Shown here: positions 1 through 9,369 of the stretch, piece after piece | How the letters are laid out: the number at the start of each line of letters is the position of its first letter | Numbering within the stretch: the stretch's first letter is position 1 | From: an uncultured bacterium | GTDB lineage: Bacteria > Eisenbacteria > RBG-16-71-46 | Length of the DNA: 64,000 nucleotides | Direction: 5' to 3' | NCBI GenBank assembly: GCA_964542745.1 | Contig: CAZIVR010000001.1 | Span: 43,041-107,040, forward strand | Position numbers and translations under genes: made by a program | Notes under the pieces: generated by a model | Seen by the model: the letters and a program-made list of their open reading frames with translations, nothing else | What the model was told of the DNA's origin: nothing | The model's database searches: none

Positions 1-189
1 GAGCTGCTGTCGAACGGAGCGCTGTTCTCCCTCGGCGCGCTGCTGGCCGGCATGGCGGCGCTCCACGGCGTGTTCGGAGCGGTGCTGGTGATCCTGCCCC
101 TGCTGGTGGCCTTCCAGGGCTACCGCTGGCACGTGCGGTCGCGTTCGGCCGCGGAGGAGGAGGTGCCGGCCCCGGCGAGGGCGGCGTGA
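1..189 (+). CDS. 3' end of a membrane protein (truncated by window edge)
   Basis: Frame 1 is open from base 1 to TGA at 187-189: ELLSNGALFSLGALLAGMAALHGVFGAVLVILPLLVAFQGYRWHVRSR...; hydrophobic helices and GC3-rich codons. Confidence 0.65.
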   Translation, partial: ELLSNGALFSLGALLAGMAALHGVFGAVLVILPLLVAFQGYRWHVRSRSAAEEEVPAPARAA

Positions 190-281
190 CGCGGCACCGG
201 TGACGGGCCGGATCCGCCGGGCCGGGGGGGACTCGCGCTTCCCCCGGCCACCGGCGGGTCCGGCCCTCGCGTTTCATCCGG

Positions 282-1907
282 TCAGCGCGCCGGGACGTCC
301 TCGCGTTCGAGCAGGATCAGCCGCGCGGTGCGGAGCGCGATGCGGTAGCCGCCGCGGTCCGAGATCAGGCGCGCGGTCGCGGGGTTCGCGAACAGCAGGT
401 ACTCGGGGCGGTAGACGTCGAGGAAGCGGTTGAAGGGCTCCGGCGCCAGCGCCTTCCCGGACGGCAGCGAGACGAAGGGCCGCTCGAAGTAGAACGGATC
501 CTTCAGGAACTCCGAGGCGACCTTCGCGTCCTTCGGGGCGTTCGCCTTGATCCAGCTCACGACCTCGCTCCGCTCGGCGCGGTACTCGTTGAGGGACTCG
601 GGGAACTGGAACCCGTGCTTGAGCCGGAACCGCGCGTAGGAGGTGAACGTCATCGCGAACAGGAAGCCCGCCACCGCGGCGGTGCCGAGCCAGAAGCGGA
701 GCTCCGGGCCGGCGGCGGGGCGGGTGAGCGCGGCGCGCACCACCGCGAATCCCGCGGGCACGAGCATGGCGATCGGGAGCACCGAGTAGCGGTCCTGCTC
801 GATGCCCCGGTTCCACGCGAGGCTCGCGGCGTAGGCGAGGATCGAGAGCACGCCGACGCACGTGGTGGCGACGAGGAACGGATCGCGCGCGCCCGCCCGA
901 CGCCACGCGGTCCCGGCCACCGCGGCGCCTCCGAGCCACGCGGTGGGGCCCATGGTCCGGAGCAGCGCGGTCACGTGGTTCGTGAAGTGCCCCGCCATCT
1001 CGCGGAGCCCGGGTGAGGGGATGCCCGACACGCCGAGCACCGGGAGCGCGTCGCGATACACCGCGCCGCCCTCGTTCATCGCGATCGTGTAGCGCTTTGC
1101 CGCCGCGAGGTACTCGGGATAGATCGCGCCGTAGCGGACCAGGCAGAACAACTCGTAGGGCACCATCACCGCGAGGAACCCGGCCGCCATGCCGGCGCAC
1201 TCCGCGAACGTCCGCCGCCGGAACCCGTGCAGCACGGCCACCGCCACGAACAGCGCGGCCGCGTTGTAGACGCCGGCGAAGCGCACCAGGCACCCGATCC
1301 CGAGGAGCACGCCGACCCAGACGCGGGAAATCCGATCGTTCAGGAACAGCATCAGCGCCGCGAGCAGCGTGGCGGTGTGGAGCGGCTCGGTCCACGGGTG
1401 GATCGCGGTGTACAGGAGGTTCGGGTGGAACGAGACGTAGAGCGCCGCGAGGAGCGCGGTGGTGCGACCGAGCGCCCGGCGGGAGAGCAGGTAGAGCAGG
1501 CCACCGTTGACGGCGTTCAGCAGCAGGTTGAACGACGTGACCCCGCGGATGCCGTCGAGCTTGTAGAGGAGCCCCGCCAGGATCGGGTAGCCGGGCTGCA
1601 TGTAGGCGGGGAACGGGTGCTGGGTGCCGGGCCAGTACTGGTAGAGGTTGTAGGTGGTGACCGCGCCCCGGCCCGAGAACAGGTTGATTCCCATGTCGAG
1701 GTACCCGGCGGCGTCGGGCGTGAGGTGCTCGTAGGCGGCGAGCGGCAGGTGGAAGAAGTAGCCCACGATCACGATCGCGAGCACCAGCGCGACGTCGGTG
1801 GCCCACGCGACCGAATCCGGAAGCGCGGGGGCGTCGCCCCGCGCCGGGCGCGCGGGGCGCGCGGGGGCGGCGCGCCGCTTCGCGCCGCGGCGGTCAGTGG
1901 CGGTCAA
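282..1907 (-). CDS. Polytopic GT-C-type (ArnT/PMT-like, family 39-like) glycosyltransferase
   Basis: 541 aa with many TM helices; 'LTPDAAGY' acidic motif after TM1, 'QPGYPIL', 'WTEPLH'; soluble C-terminal tail. TTG start overlaps the upstream stop. Confidence 0.7.
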   Translation of the reverse strand: MTATDRRGAKRRAAPARPARPARGDAPALPDSVAWATDVALVLAIVIVGYFFHLPLAAYEHLTPDAAGYLDMGINLFSGRGAVTTYNLYQYWPGTQHPFPAYMQPGYPILAGLLYKLDGIRGVTSFNLLLNAVNGGLLYLLSRRALGRTTALLAALYVSFHPNLLYTAIHPWTEPLHTATLLAALMLFLNDRISRVWVGVLLGIGCLVRFAGVYNAAALFVAVAVLHGFRRRTFAECAGMAAGFLAVMVPYELFCLVRYGAIYPEYLAAAKRYTIAMNEGGAVYRDALPVLGVSGIPSPGLREMAGHFTNHVTALLRTMGPTAWLGGAAVAGTAWRRAGARDPFLVATTCVGVLSILAYAASLAWNRGIEQDRYSVLPIAMLVPAGFAVVRAALTRPAAGPELRFWLGTAAVAGFLFAMTFTSYARFRLKHGFQFPESLNEYRAERSEVVSWIKANAPKDAKVASEFLKDPFYFERPFVSLPSGKALAPEPFNRFLDVYRPEYLLFANPATARLISDRGGYRIALRTARLILLEREDVPAR

Positions 1908-2922
1908 GGTCGCGCCCCACCACCACCGGACCGCCGAAGCCCCCCGCGCGGACGCCCGCCAACAGCTCGTCGTCGGTGCCGCCCATGCGCACCACGTGGT
2001 GCAGCACGAGCCGCCGGACGCCGGCGCGCGCTGCGAGCGCGCCCACCTCGCGGTCGGAGGTGTGGAACGCGCGCATGTAGCGCGGCCAGTCCTCGCCGCC
2101 GGGCCGCGGCTCGGGAGCGAGCCGCACCTCGGGGTAGACCTCGTGGACCAGCACGTCGGCGCCTCGCGCCGCGCGCTCCAGCGCTTCGCTCGGCGCGGTG
2201 TCCCCCGAGATCACGACGGTCTTGCCCGGCGTCTCCACGCGGTAGCCGAACGCGTGCGCCCAGCCGCCGTGCGGCACCGGGATCGCGGTGATCCGCACGC
2301 CGGCCGAGTCGTAGACCACGCCGCCCGCGGTCTCGCGCACCGCCACGCGCTCCCCGCCGGGAATCCCGCGCTCGAGACCCTCGGTCCGGATCCGCACGTC
2401 CTCGCTCCACGCCTCGAGGATCAGGTCCGCCATGCGGCGGGTGCCCGGGGGGCCCACCAGCGCGAGCGGCGCGCGGCGTCCCATCACCCACGAGGTCAGG
2501 ATCAGGTCGGGAAGCCCGAGCGTGTGGTCGCTGTGGAGGTGGGTGAGGAACGTCGCGGTGACGGGACCGGCGCGCGTGGGCAGCCCCGCGGCGGCCATCT
2601 GCCGCATCACTCCCGCGCCGGCGTCGAAGAGGAAGATGCGGCCGCCGAAGGTGACGGCGGTGGCGGGCCCCTGCGCCAGCGGGTTCGGGACCGGCATGCC
2701 GGTCCCGAGCAGGATCACGGTGCAGGTGTCGGCTCCCGCCGCGGCGGGCGGGCCGGGGGCCGCCGCGGTTCGCGCCGCGGGCGTCGCGGCCCGCGCGGTC
2801 GTTCCCGCGGCGGCGCCGAACGCGAACAGGCCGGGGAGGAACACGCGGCCGAATCGCGCGAGGGCGCCGTGCGCGCCCGCGCCGCGCGCGCGCCGGGCCG
2901 GAAGGGGATCGTGCGTGCCCAC
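1894..2922 (-). CDS. MBL-fold metallo-hydrolase, RNase Z/arylsulfatase-like
   Basis: Motifs ILLGTG, FDAGAG, THLHSDH, ISGDT, DVLVHE, LVLHH. GTG start at 2922 inferred within the long ORF 1894..4092; N-terminus may be a signal peptide. Confidence 0.85.
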   Translation of the reverse strand: MGTHDPLPARRARGAGAHGALARFGRVFLPGLFAFGAAAGTTARAATPAARTAAAPGPPAAAGADTCTVILLGTGMPVPNPLAQGPATAVTFGGRIFLFDAGAGVMRQMAAAGLPTRAGPVTATFLTHLHSDHTLGLPDLILTSWVMGRRAPLALVGPPGTRRMADLILEAWSEDVRIRTEGLERGIPGGERVAVRETAGGVVYDSAGVRITAIPVPHGGWAHAFGYRVETPGKTVVISGDTAPSEALERAARGADVLVHEVYPEVRLAPEPRPGGEDWPRYMRAFHTSDREVGALAARAGVRRLVLHHVVRMGGTDDELLAGVRAGGFGGPVVVGRDLDRH

Positions 2923-2954
2923 GGCGCGCACGATCCCACATTCGGGCCGCAGCG

Positions 2955-3908
2955 TCAGCGGGCGACGACCACCCTCGCGGCGCGCGCGACGCCGCCCCGG
3001 CTCACCCTCGCGAAGTAGAGCCCGGGAGCGAGCGGCGCCCCGGCCGAAAGCTCCACCGCCTGCCGACCCGGCCCCGCCGCGTCCAGCGCGCGGGACGCCA
3101 CCCGGCGGCCGGCGAGGTCGAGCAGCTCGACCTGCGCGGGCCCCGCGCCCGGCAGCGACAGCTCGAGGCGCACCCGGCCGCCGTGCGCCGGGTTCGGGGT
3201 CGCGCGCACGGCGAGCGCGCCCCGGGCGAAGTCTCCGTCCACGCCGGTGGTCTGGGTGGACACCTCGACCGAGACGGCGTCGAGCGCCCACGACTCGTCG
3301 TCCCCGCCCTGCCACTGGGCGGCGGCCGGACCGGAGATCGCGCTGATCGTCCACAGCACCACCACGGAGTCGGCGGTGTGCGGAATGTCGAGGAAGGCCG
3401 GCTCCGCGCCGAGGTCGTAGGCGCGGTCGCGGTGGTAGTAGCAGCAGCCGCTGAAGCCCAGGTTGGTGCCCATGCTCAGGATCGCGCCGGGGGGCGCGGG
3501 GTGATAGCTCGTCGTGTCGCCCGTCGCGAGCTGGAACCAGTGGTTGAACCGAAGGGAGTCGTCCACCCGGATCTGCATCAGCTCGGTGCCGTCCCACGAG
3601 TCGATCAGCCCGAGCAGGAACTTGACGCTGAGCCGGTCGTGGGGCGGGAGGTTGCGCACGGTGAGCGTGGTCGGGAGGATCGGGACGCTGGTGTAGCGGA
3701 GGAAACTGCCGCCGAACTGACGCCCGGCAGGACCGAGTCCCGCGAAGCCCTGGACGCCGGTCAGGACCGCGCCTGGCGCCGAGAACTCGGGGGGCACGCC
3801 GCTCTCGAACTGGGTCGAGAACACCACCACGGGGGAGGCGAGCGCCGGAGTGGCCAGCAGGCCCGCGGACAGGAGGAGGGGAAAGAGCCTCGAGGTGAGG
3901 AAGCGCAT
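2955..3908 (-). CDS. Secreted protein with FlgD-Ig/T9SS-CTD-like C-terminal domain
   Basis: GGAGG upstream of ATG 3908; signal peptide MRFLTSRLFPLLLSAGLLATPALA; C-terminus ATPNP...DLAGRRV...PGLYFARV. Confidence 0.8.
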   Translation of the reverse strand: MRFLTSRLFPLLLSAGLLATPALASPVVVFSTQFESGVPPEFSAPGAVLTGVQGFAGLGPAGRQFGGSFLRYTSVPILPTTLTVRNLPPHDRLSVKFLLGLIDSWDGTELMQIRVDDSLRFNHWFQLATGDTTSYHPAPPGAILSMGTNLGFSGCCYYHRDRAYDLGAEPAFLDIPHTADSVVVLWTISAISGPAAAQWQGGDDESWALDAVSVEVSTQTTGVDGDFARGALAVRATPNPAHGGRVRLELSLPGAGPAQVELLDLAGRRVASRALDAAGPGRQAVELSAGAPLAPGLYFARVSRGGVARAARVVVAR

Positions 3909-4057
3909 CGGTGCCTCCGCGAACGGGGGGTACTGCATCCCGCGCCGGGGTGCGAAACGTGGCGCGGGCCTGCTCCGTGAGACGACGCCGCGCCCGGGGC
4001 GTCAGCGCCTCCGCCCCGGAAATCATGGCCCGGCTTGCGGCGCCGGGGAAAACGATT

Positions 4058-4085
4058 CGGCCCCGGGCGCCTAGGCCCGGGGCCG
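4058..4085 (-). terminator. Probable intrinsic terminator hairpin downstream of HU
   Basis: Perfect 11-bp inverted repeat CGGCCCCGGGC (4058-4068) / GCCCGGGGCCG (4075-4085) with a 6-nt loop, followed on the - strand by AATCGTTTT. Confidence 0.55.
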
Positions 4086-4103
4086 TTCGCAAGACGGTGC
4101 GAC

Positions 4104-4385
4104 CTACTTGAGGGCCAGTTCCTTCATGGCCTTCGCGATGCGGAACTTCAGGACGGTCTTCGCCGGGATCTTGATCGGCTCGCCGGTCTGCGGGTTCCGG
4201 CCCATGCGGGCCTTGCGCTTCACGACCACCAGCTTGCCGACGCCGGGGAACACGAAGCCGTTCTTCGCCTGCTTGGCGGCCAGCGTGGCGAGCTCCTCGA
4301 GGATCGCGGTGCTCGTCTTCTTCTTGAGGTCGAACTTGTTCGCGAGGTAGCCCGCGATCTGCGACTTCGTCATCATCTTGGCCAT
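4104..4385 (-). CDS. hup: HU family DNA-binding protein
   Basis: 93 aa, MAKMMTKSQIA...KRKARMGRNPQTGEPIKIPAKTVLKFRIAKAMKE; AAAGGA RBS before ATG 4385. Confidence 0.95.
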   Translation of the reverse strand: MAKMMTKSQIAGYLANKFDLKKKTSTAILEELATLAAKQAKNGFVFPGVGKLVVVKRKARMGRNPQTGEPIKIPAKTVLKFRIAKAMKELALK

Positions 4386-4504
4386 CTGCTCATCCTTTCG
4401 CTGAGGCCCTGGACTTCGCGCGCCCGGCCGCGTGGCCATCCTTGAGTCTCAAGGAAGAGGGCGCCGAACCGTTGCGGACACGAGTCGCGTGTCCGGCGCG
4501 CGTG

Positions 4505-4532
4505 TGTATAGCAAGACCGGCCGCGAAATCAA
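4505..4532 (-). promoter_or_regulatory. Putative sigma70 promoter of hup
   Basis: On the - strand: TTGATT-16 nt-TATACA with extended -10 TGc. Confidence 0.55.
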
Positions 4533-4668
4533 AGGCAATTCTGGAGGTCGCAGCGCTTTTGGCCAGTGGTGGCGCGGGTCCAAACGATGCATTTTCCGGG
4601 CCGCGTCCAGAGCGGGTGAAACGCGCCTCCCCTCCGGGGAGGCCGGAGGGGAGGTGTGGAGGGCCGAG

Positions 4669-7284
4669 TCAGTTCCCGCGGACGACGGTTCGGGTTCGAG
4701 TCTCGAGGCCGGAGGAGACGCGCGCGAAGTAGACGCCGGCGGGAACCCGATCGCCGCGCGAGCTTCGGCCGTCCCACTCGAGCACGTGCCGCCCGGCGGC
4801 AAGACGTCCGGATGCGAGCCCCGCGACGCGCCGCCCGGAGAGGTCGTAGATCGCGGCCTCGACCGCGCTTGGCGCGGGTAGCTCGAGAGTCAGCCGAACC
4901 TGCCCGCGACTCGGATTGGGCGCGGGCGCCGACAGCTCGAGCCGCACCGCCGACGGGGGAGCCGGCACGTCGAGCGGGAGCTGCGTGAGATCCAGCGTCC
5001 ACTGGGAGCGCCCGTGGGTCGCCGCGATCAGCCGTCGGGTGCCCCCCGCGGAGTAGAGCGAGAGGTCGAAGACGGTCTGGACCGGCATCCCGGTTCCGAG
5101 CGGGAACCAGCCCGCGCCCTGGTTGCGGCTCGCGTAGACCCCGACGTCGGTCGCGAGGTACAGCGACTGGGTGTCGGTCGGGTCCACGACGATGTCGTTG
5201 GCCGGGACGTCCGGCAGGTTGGCGGAGATCGAGGTCCAGCTCGTTCCCCGGTTGGCGCTCCGGTAGACGTGCGAGAGGTGCTCGTCCTGCCCGAAGCCGG
5301 AGAGGGTGACGTAGACCGCGTTCGGGTCCGAGGGATCCGGGGTCACGCGCGTCACGTAGCGGAGCGGCAGCCCGGCCGAGACGTTCTCCCAGGTTCCGCC
5401 CGCGTTCTGGGAGCGCCACACCCGGCCGTCGTCGGTCCCCGCGTAGTAGAGGGCGGTGTCGGCGGGGGAGATCGAGAGGGTGGTCAGCGTGCCGTAGACC
5501 AGGCTCGAGGGCGGGGCGCCGCTCAGGTCGCCGCTCACCGGCACGTAGCTCGAGCCCGAGTTGGTGCTCTTGTAGACCCGGTGGCTGCCGACCAGCAGGA
5601 TCGCCGGGTTCGCGGGGTTCATAGCGATCGGCGTGTTCCAGTTGTAGCGGTCGCCGCTCGAGAAGCCCGACGGGGTGATCCACGAGGACCCGCCGTTGAT
5701 CGAGCGGCGGAGCCCCGAGCGGTCGCAGCAGTACTGCCACTCGGCGTAGATCACGTTGGGATCGGCCGGGCTCACGATGGTCTGGAATCCGTCGCCCCCG
5801 AGGATGATCGTCCACCCGCTCGGCGATCCGGTCGTGATCATGGTGCTGTTGTCCTGCGTGCCCCCCAGCAGCCGGTCGGGGTTCGAGGGATCCACGCTGC
5901 CCGCGTAGAACTGCGTGATCGGCGTGTCGAGCGACTGCGTCCACCCGACGCCCCCGTTCAGCGAGGAGAAGAACCCGCCGTCGTTGCCGAGGTAGACGCG
6001 GTTCTGGTTCGACGGGTCGATCCACACGCCGTGGTGGTCCACGTGGGTGCCGCTCTGGATGCTGGTGAGCGTGGTGCCGCCGTCCAGCGAGCGCAGGAGG
6101 CCCACCCCCTGCACGTAGACCCGGTTGGGGTCGGTCGGGGAGACGGCCACGTCGCCGAAGTACCAGCCGAAGCCGCCGAAGTTGTTGGTGAAGGTGGAGC
6201 CGCCGCGTGGGCCCCAGACGTTGCCGCCGTCGGCGGTGCGGTACAGCGCGCGGCCGGTGTAGCCGCCGATCGCCCCCGAGATGATCTGGGCGTACACCAC
6301 CGAGGGTTGCGACTTCGCGATCGCGAGCCCGATGCGGCCGAGGTTGTCGTCCGAGGCCGGCAGCCCGCCGGCGAGCTTGGTCCAGGTGGTGCCGCCGTTG
6401 ACGCTGCGCCAGACGCCGCCGCCGGGCCCGTAGGCGCGCCGGTAGGTGGAGCGCCGCACCCGCTCCCACGTGGCGCAGAACATCGTCTCGGGATGGGCCG
6501 GATTGATCACCACGTCGCACACGCCGGTGCTGTCGTTCACGAACAGGACCTTGGTCCAGTTCGCGCCCCCGTCCTCGCTCCGGTAGAGGCCGCGGTCGGG
6601 GCTGGTCGAGAACTGGGTGCCCATCGCCGCGACGAACAGGCGCTGGGGGTTCACGGGGTCCACCGCGATGCGCGCGATGCGCCGCGTCTCCGCGAGCCCG
6701 AGCGACGTCCAGCTCGCGCCGCCGTCGGTGGTGCGGAACACGCCGGCCCCGTCGTAGGAGTCCACCGACGAGTTGGCCTCGCCGGTGCCGACGTAGACGG
6801 TGTTCGCGTCGGTCGGGTGCATTGCGAGCGCGCCGATCGAGAACACGCCCATCTCGTCGAACACCGGCGTCCAGTTCACCCCGGAGTTGGTGGACTTGAA
6901 CACGCCGCCCCCGGCCGCGCCGAAGTAGGCCGGGTTGCCGCCCGGGGCCGCGACCACCGCCGTGACGCGGCCGCCGATGTTGAACGGGCCCGCCTGCACC
7001 CACGCCGGGCCCGCCAGCGTGCCGTTGCCGCGCCCGCGCGCCGCGCGCGCCCGGTCGGCCCGGGCCTGGTCGTAGGCCGCGATCCACTTCTCCTGGGGCA
7101 CGGTCTCGAAGGGAAAGGCCCGCTGCGCCATGAACCACTCGTTCGGGACCTTGCCGGCCTCGGACTTCTCGCGCGGGCCGTCGGCCGGGACGCCGGCGGC
7201 CCGCGGACGGTGCAGGAGCAGGCCACCGGCGGCGGCGGCGACGAGCAGCACGGCTGCGGGAACGAGGGCACGGTCGAGGCGCAT
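4669..7284 (-). CDS. Secreted VPS10/BNR-repeat (GH74/sortilin-like) beta-propeller protein with FlgD-like CTD
   Basis: 871 aa; repeated S/T-x-D/N-GG-x-T/S-W Asp-box motifs; N-terminal signal/anchor; C-terminus PAPNP...DLSGRRV...WDGRSSRGDRVPAGVYFARV. Confidence 0.88.
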   Translation of the reverse strand: MRLDRALVPAAVLLVAAAAGGLLLHRPRAAGVPADGPREKSEAGKVPNEWFMAQRAFPFETVPQEKWIAAYDQARADRARAARGRGNGTLAGPAWVQAGPFNIGGRVTAVVAAPGGNPAYFGAAGGGVFKSTNSGVNWTPVFDEMGVFSIGALAMHPTDANTVYVGTGEANSSVDSYDGAGVFRTTDGGASWTSLGLAETRRIARIAVDPVNPQRLFVAAMGTQFSTSPDRGLYRSEDGGANWTKVLFVNDSTGVCDVVINPAHPETMFCATWERVRRSTYRRAYGPGGGVWRSVNGGTTWTKLAGGLPASDDNLGRIGLAIAKSQPSVVYAQIISGAIGGYTGRALYRTADGGNVWGPRGGSTFTNNFGGFGWYFGDVAVSPTDPNRVYVQGVGLLRSLDGGTTLTSIQSGTHVDHHGVWIDPSNQNRVYLGNDGGFFSSLNGGVGWTQSLDTPITQFYAGSVDPSNPDRLLGGTQDNSTMITTGSPSGWTIILGGDGFQTIVSPADPNVIYAEWQYCCDRSGLRRSINGGSSWITPSGFSSGDRYNWNTPIAMNPANPAILLVGSHRVYKSTNSGSSYVPVSGDLSGAPPSSLVYGTLTTLSISPADTALYYAGTDDGRVWRSQNAGGTWENVSAGLPLRYVTRVTPDPSDPNAVYVTLSGFGQDEHLSHVYRSANRGTSWTSISANLPDVPANDIVVDPTDTQSLYLATDVGVYASRNQGAGWFPLGTGMPVQTVFDLSLYSAGGTRRLIAATHGRSQWTLDLTQLPLDVPAPPSAVRLELSAPAPNPSRGQVRLTLELPAPSAVEAAIYDLSGRRVAGLASGRLAAGRHVLEWDGRSSRGDRVPAGVYFARVSSGLETRTRTVVRGN

Positions 7285-7396
7285 GCGGTGGCTCCAGAAG
7301 GGGAGTGGTCACGCCGGGTGCGGAAGCCGGTCTCAACCGCGATTCGAGGCGCGCAAAGTGTAGCGAGGGGCGGCGCGCCGCGTCCACCGCGGATTG

Positions 7397-7918
7397 CTAG
7401 CGTCGCGCCAGGGGAATCACCAGCTTGAGGGCGCTCAACGCCTCGGAGAAGGCGCAAACCTTCACGTCCACGAGGCCCGCCGCGAGGGCCGCGGCCCTCA
7501 CCATGTCCTCCTTGAGCGCGGGGCGCCCCTTCGGCCACACCACCCAGATCATCCCGTCGCGCGGCATGCGGCGTTCGAGCGCCGCGAGCCGCGCGAGGTC
7601 GCGCGGGGATTCCGCCCGCAGGAGGACCATCGCCGAGCCCGGCGCCACCCGGCCGCGGCTCACGTCGCCCGCGCGCGCCTCGAGCTCCGCGAGGAACCCG
7701 CCCTGGTCGTCGAGCCCGAGCACGCTCACGTTCATGCCGGGCTTCACCCCGAGCTTGTCGATCGTGGGCTTGCCCGAGTAACCGGCGAGCGGGGCCGGAC
7801 GATTGGCGGGCGAGGCGTCCTTGCCGGCGCCCCGCTTCGAGCGCGCGGGCCCCGCAGGTCCCGCGGGCCCGGAGGGCCGGCGCGATTTCACAGGCCGCTT
7901 CGCCCGGGCGCGTTTCAC
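7397..7918 (-). CDS. DUF3052-like protein
   Basis: AGYSGKPTIDKLGVKPG...GMIWVVWPK...GLVDVKVCAFSEALSALKLVIP. The GTG start overlaps the ycaQ stop (GTGA). Confidence 0.8.
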   Translation of the reverse strand: MKRARAKRPVKSRRPSGPAGPAGPARSKRGAGKDASPANRPAPLAGYSGKPTIDKLGVKPGMNVSVLGLDDQGGFLAELEARAGDVSRGRVAPGSAMVLLRAESPRDLARLAALERRMPRDGMIWVVWPKGRPALKEDMVRAAALAAGLVDVKVCAFSEALSALKLVIPLARR

Positions 7919-9264
7919 GTTCCGGCCGCCCCGCCGGCCATCGCCGGCTCGGGCCGCTCGGCGCGCGGCGTTTCGCGCGGATCGGGCCGCGCCGCCGCGA
8001 GCGCCGCCCGCATCGGTGGGGCCAGCGCGCGAGGCGACACGGACCCGAGCGCGACTTCGGAAGCGCCCACGAACTTGGCCAGCGACCAGGCGGCGGCCGC
8101 GGCGCCGGCCAGCGCCGCGTCGCGGTCGGGCTTGCCCCAGTGCGCGACCGGGGGCGCGACCCCTTTCGCGAACCACGTCTCGAAGTGAAGGGCGCGCATC
8201 TCGAGGACGCCGCGCTCGCGGTGGGTCTTGAAGTCGGCGCGGCCGATCAGCGATCCGTCGTGGAGGAGCGGGAGCACGTAGTAGCCGAACTTGCGCTTCG
8301 GGCCGGGGACGTACACCTCGATCTTGTAATCGAAGCCGAACAGCGCCTGCACGCGCTCGCGGTGCCACAGGAACGAGTCGAAGGGGCAGAGGAAGGTGGC
8401 GCCGCGCGAACCCGCGCGCCGGCGCGCGGCGCGCTCGAGTGCCGGGAGGTCGCGGGTGAGCGCGAACCAGCGCGCGGCGCTGCCCTCGAACACGACCGGC
8501 GTCACGTCGCCCGAACGCACCAGGCGGCGCAGCTCCTCGCGGCGCCAGCCCGAGGGCGTGCGCGGGAAAGTGAGGTAGAGGCGCAGATCGGCCTCGGTGG
8601 CCGCACCCATCGCGTGGAGCGAGCGTTCGACGTGCCAGCGACGGAACGCCGCGTCGTCGAGCGGCTTCGATGCCATCGGACCGGGAAGCACGCGCTCGAT
8701 TCGGTCGAACCGCTTCTGGAAGTGGCGCCGCGAATGCACGGTCGTGACTCCGGTCATCCACAGGTAGTCGAGCGCGTGCGAGGCGGGCTTCCAGTTCCAC
8801 CAGCCGGAGCTGCGGTGCCCGGGCGGGGGCTCGAAATCGGAATTGCCGAGAGGCCCGCGCTCGCGGATCGCGTCCGAGACCTTGCGGAGCGTGAGCCGAT
8901 GCCGCGTGAGCCACGAACCCCACCCCTTGGAGCGGCGCGTGAAGTCGAGCATCGCGCGCCGCCACGCCGGGAAGTCGCCGGTCGCCACCAGGCACGCGGC
9001 GTGGGCCCAGTACTCGAACAACACGCGGCGGCGGTAGACCAGCCGGTCGAGCACGGCGCGGTCGTAGGGGCCGAAGCGGCTCCATAGCGTGAGGTGGTGG
9101 GCGCGGTCCAGCACGTTGATCGAATCGAGCTGGAGCCCGCCCGCGTTGCCCACGAAGCCGGCGAGGCTCGCCGCCGTGAGCCGCCGCGAGCGTGGCCGGT
9201 CGAGCTGCTGGCGCTCGAGGAACAGCGCGGCCGCGGCGCGAAGGGGAAAGCGGGGCAGGGACAT
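7915..9264 (-). CDS. ycaQ: YcaQ/AlkZ (HTH_42) family crosslink-repair DNA glycosylase
   Basis: LQLDSINV (Q-phi-D motif typical of the YcaQ-like branch), LFEYWAHAACL, LCPFDSFLWHRER, FDYKIEVYVP, KRKFGYYVLPLL. Confidence 0.9.
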   Translation of the reverse strand: MSLPRFPLRAAAALFLERQQLDRPRSRRLTAASLAGFVGNAGGLQLDSINVLDRAHHLTLWSRFGPYDRAVLDRLVYRRRVLFEYWAHAACLVATGDFPAWRRAMLDFTRRSKGWGSWLTRHRLTLRKVSDAIRERGPLGNSDFEPPPGHRSSGWWNWKPASHALDYLWMTGVTTVHSRRHFQKRFDRIERVLPGPMASKPLDDAAFRRWHVERSLHAMGAATEADLRLYLTFPRTPSGWRREELRRLVRSGDVTPVVFEGSAARWFALTRDLPALERAARRRAGSRGATFLCPFDSFLWHRERVQALFGFDYKIEVYVPGPKRKFGYYVLPLLHDGSLIGRADFKTHRERGVLEMRALHFETWFAKGVAPPVAHWGKPDRDAALAGAAAAAWSLAKFVGASEVALGSVSPRALAPPMRAALAAARPDPRETPRAERPEPAMAGGAAGT

Positions 9265-9369
9265 TGCCGCAGTTTGTCGGACGGTAAGCCGCCGGGCAAG
9301 AAGGCGGCGACGGGAGGTCGATCCTTCGCGGCATCTCCTTCGCCCGCCTGCACGACATCGAGCGCCGGG

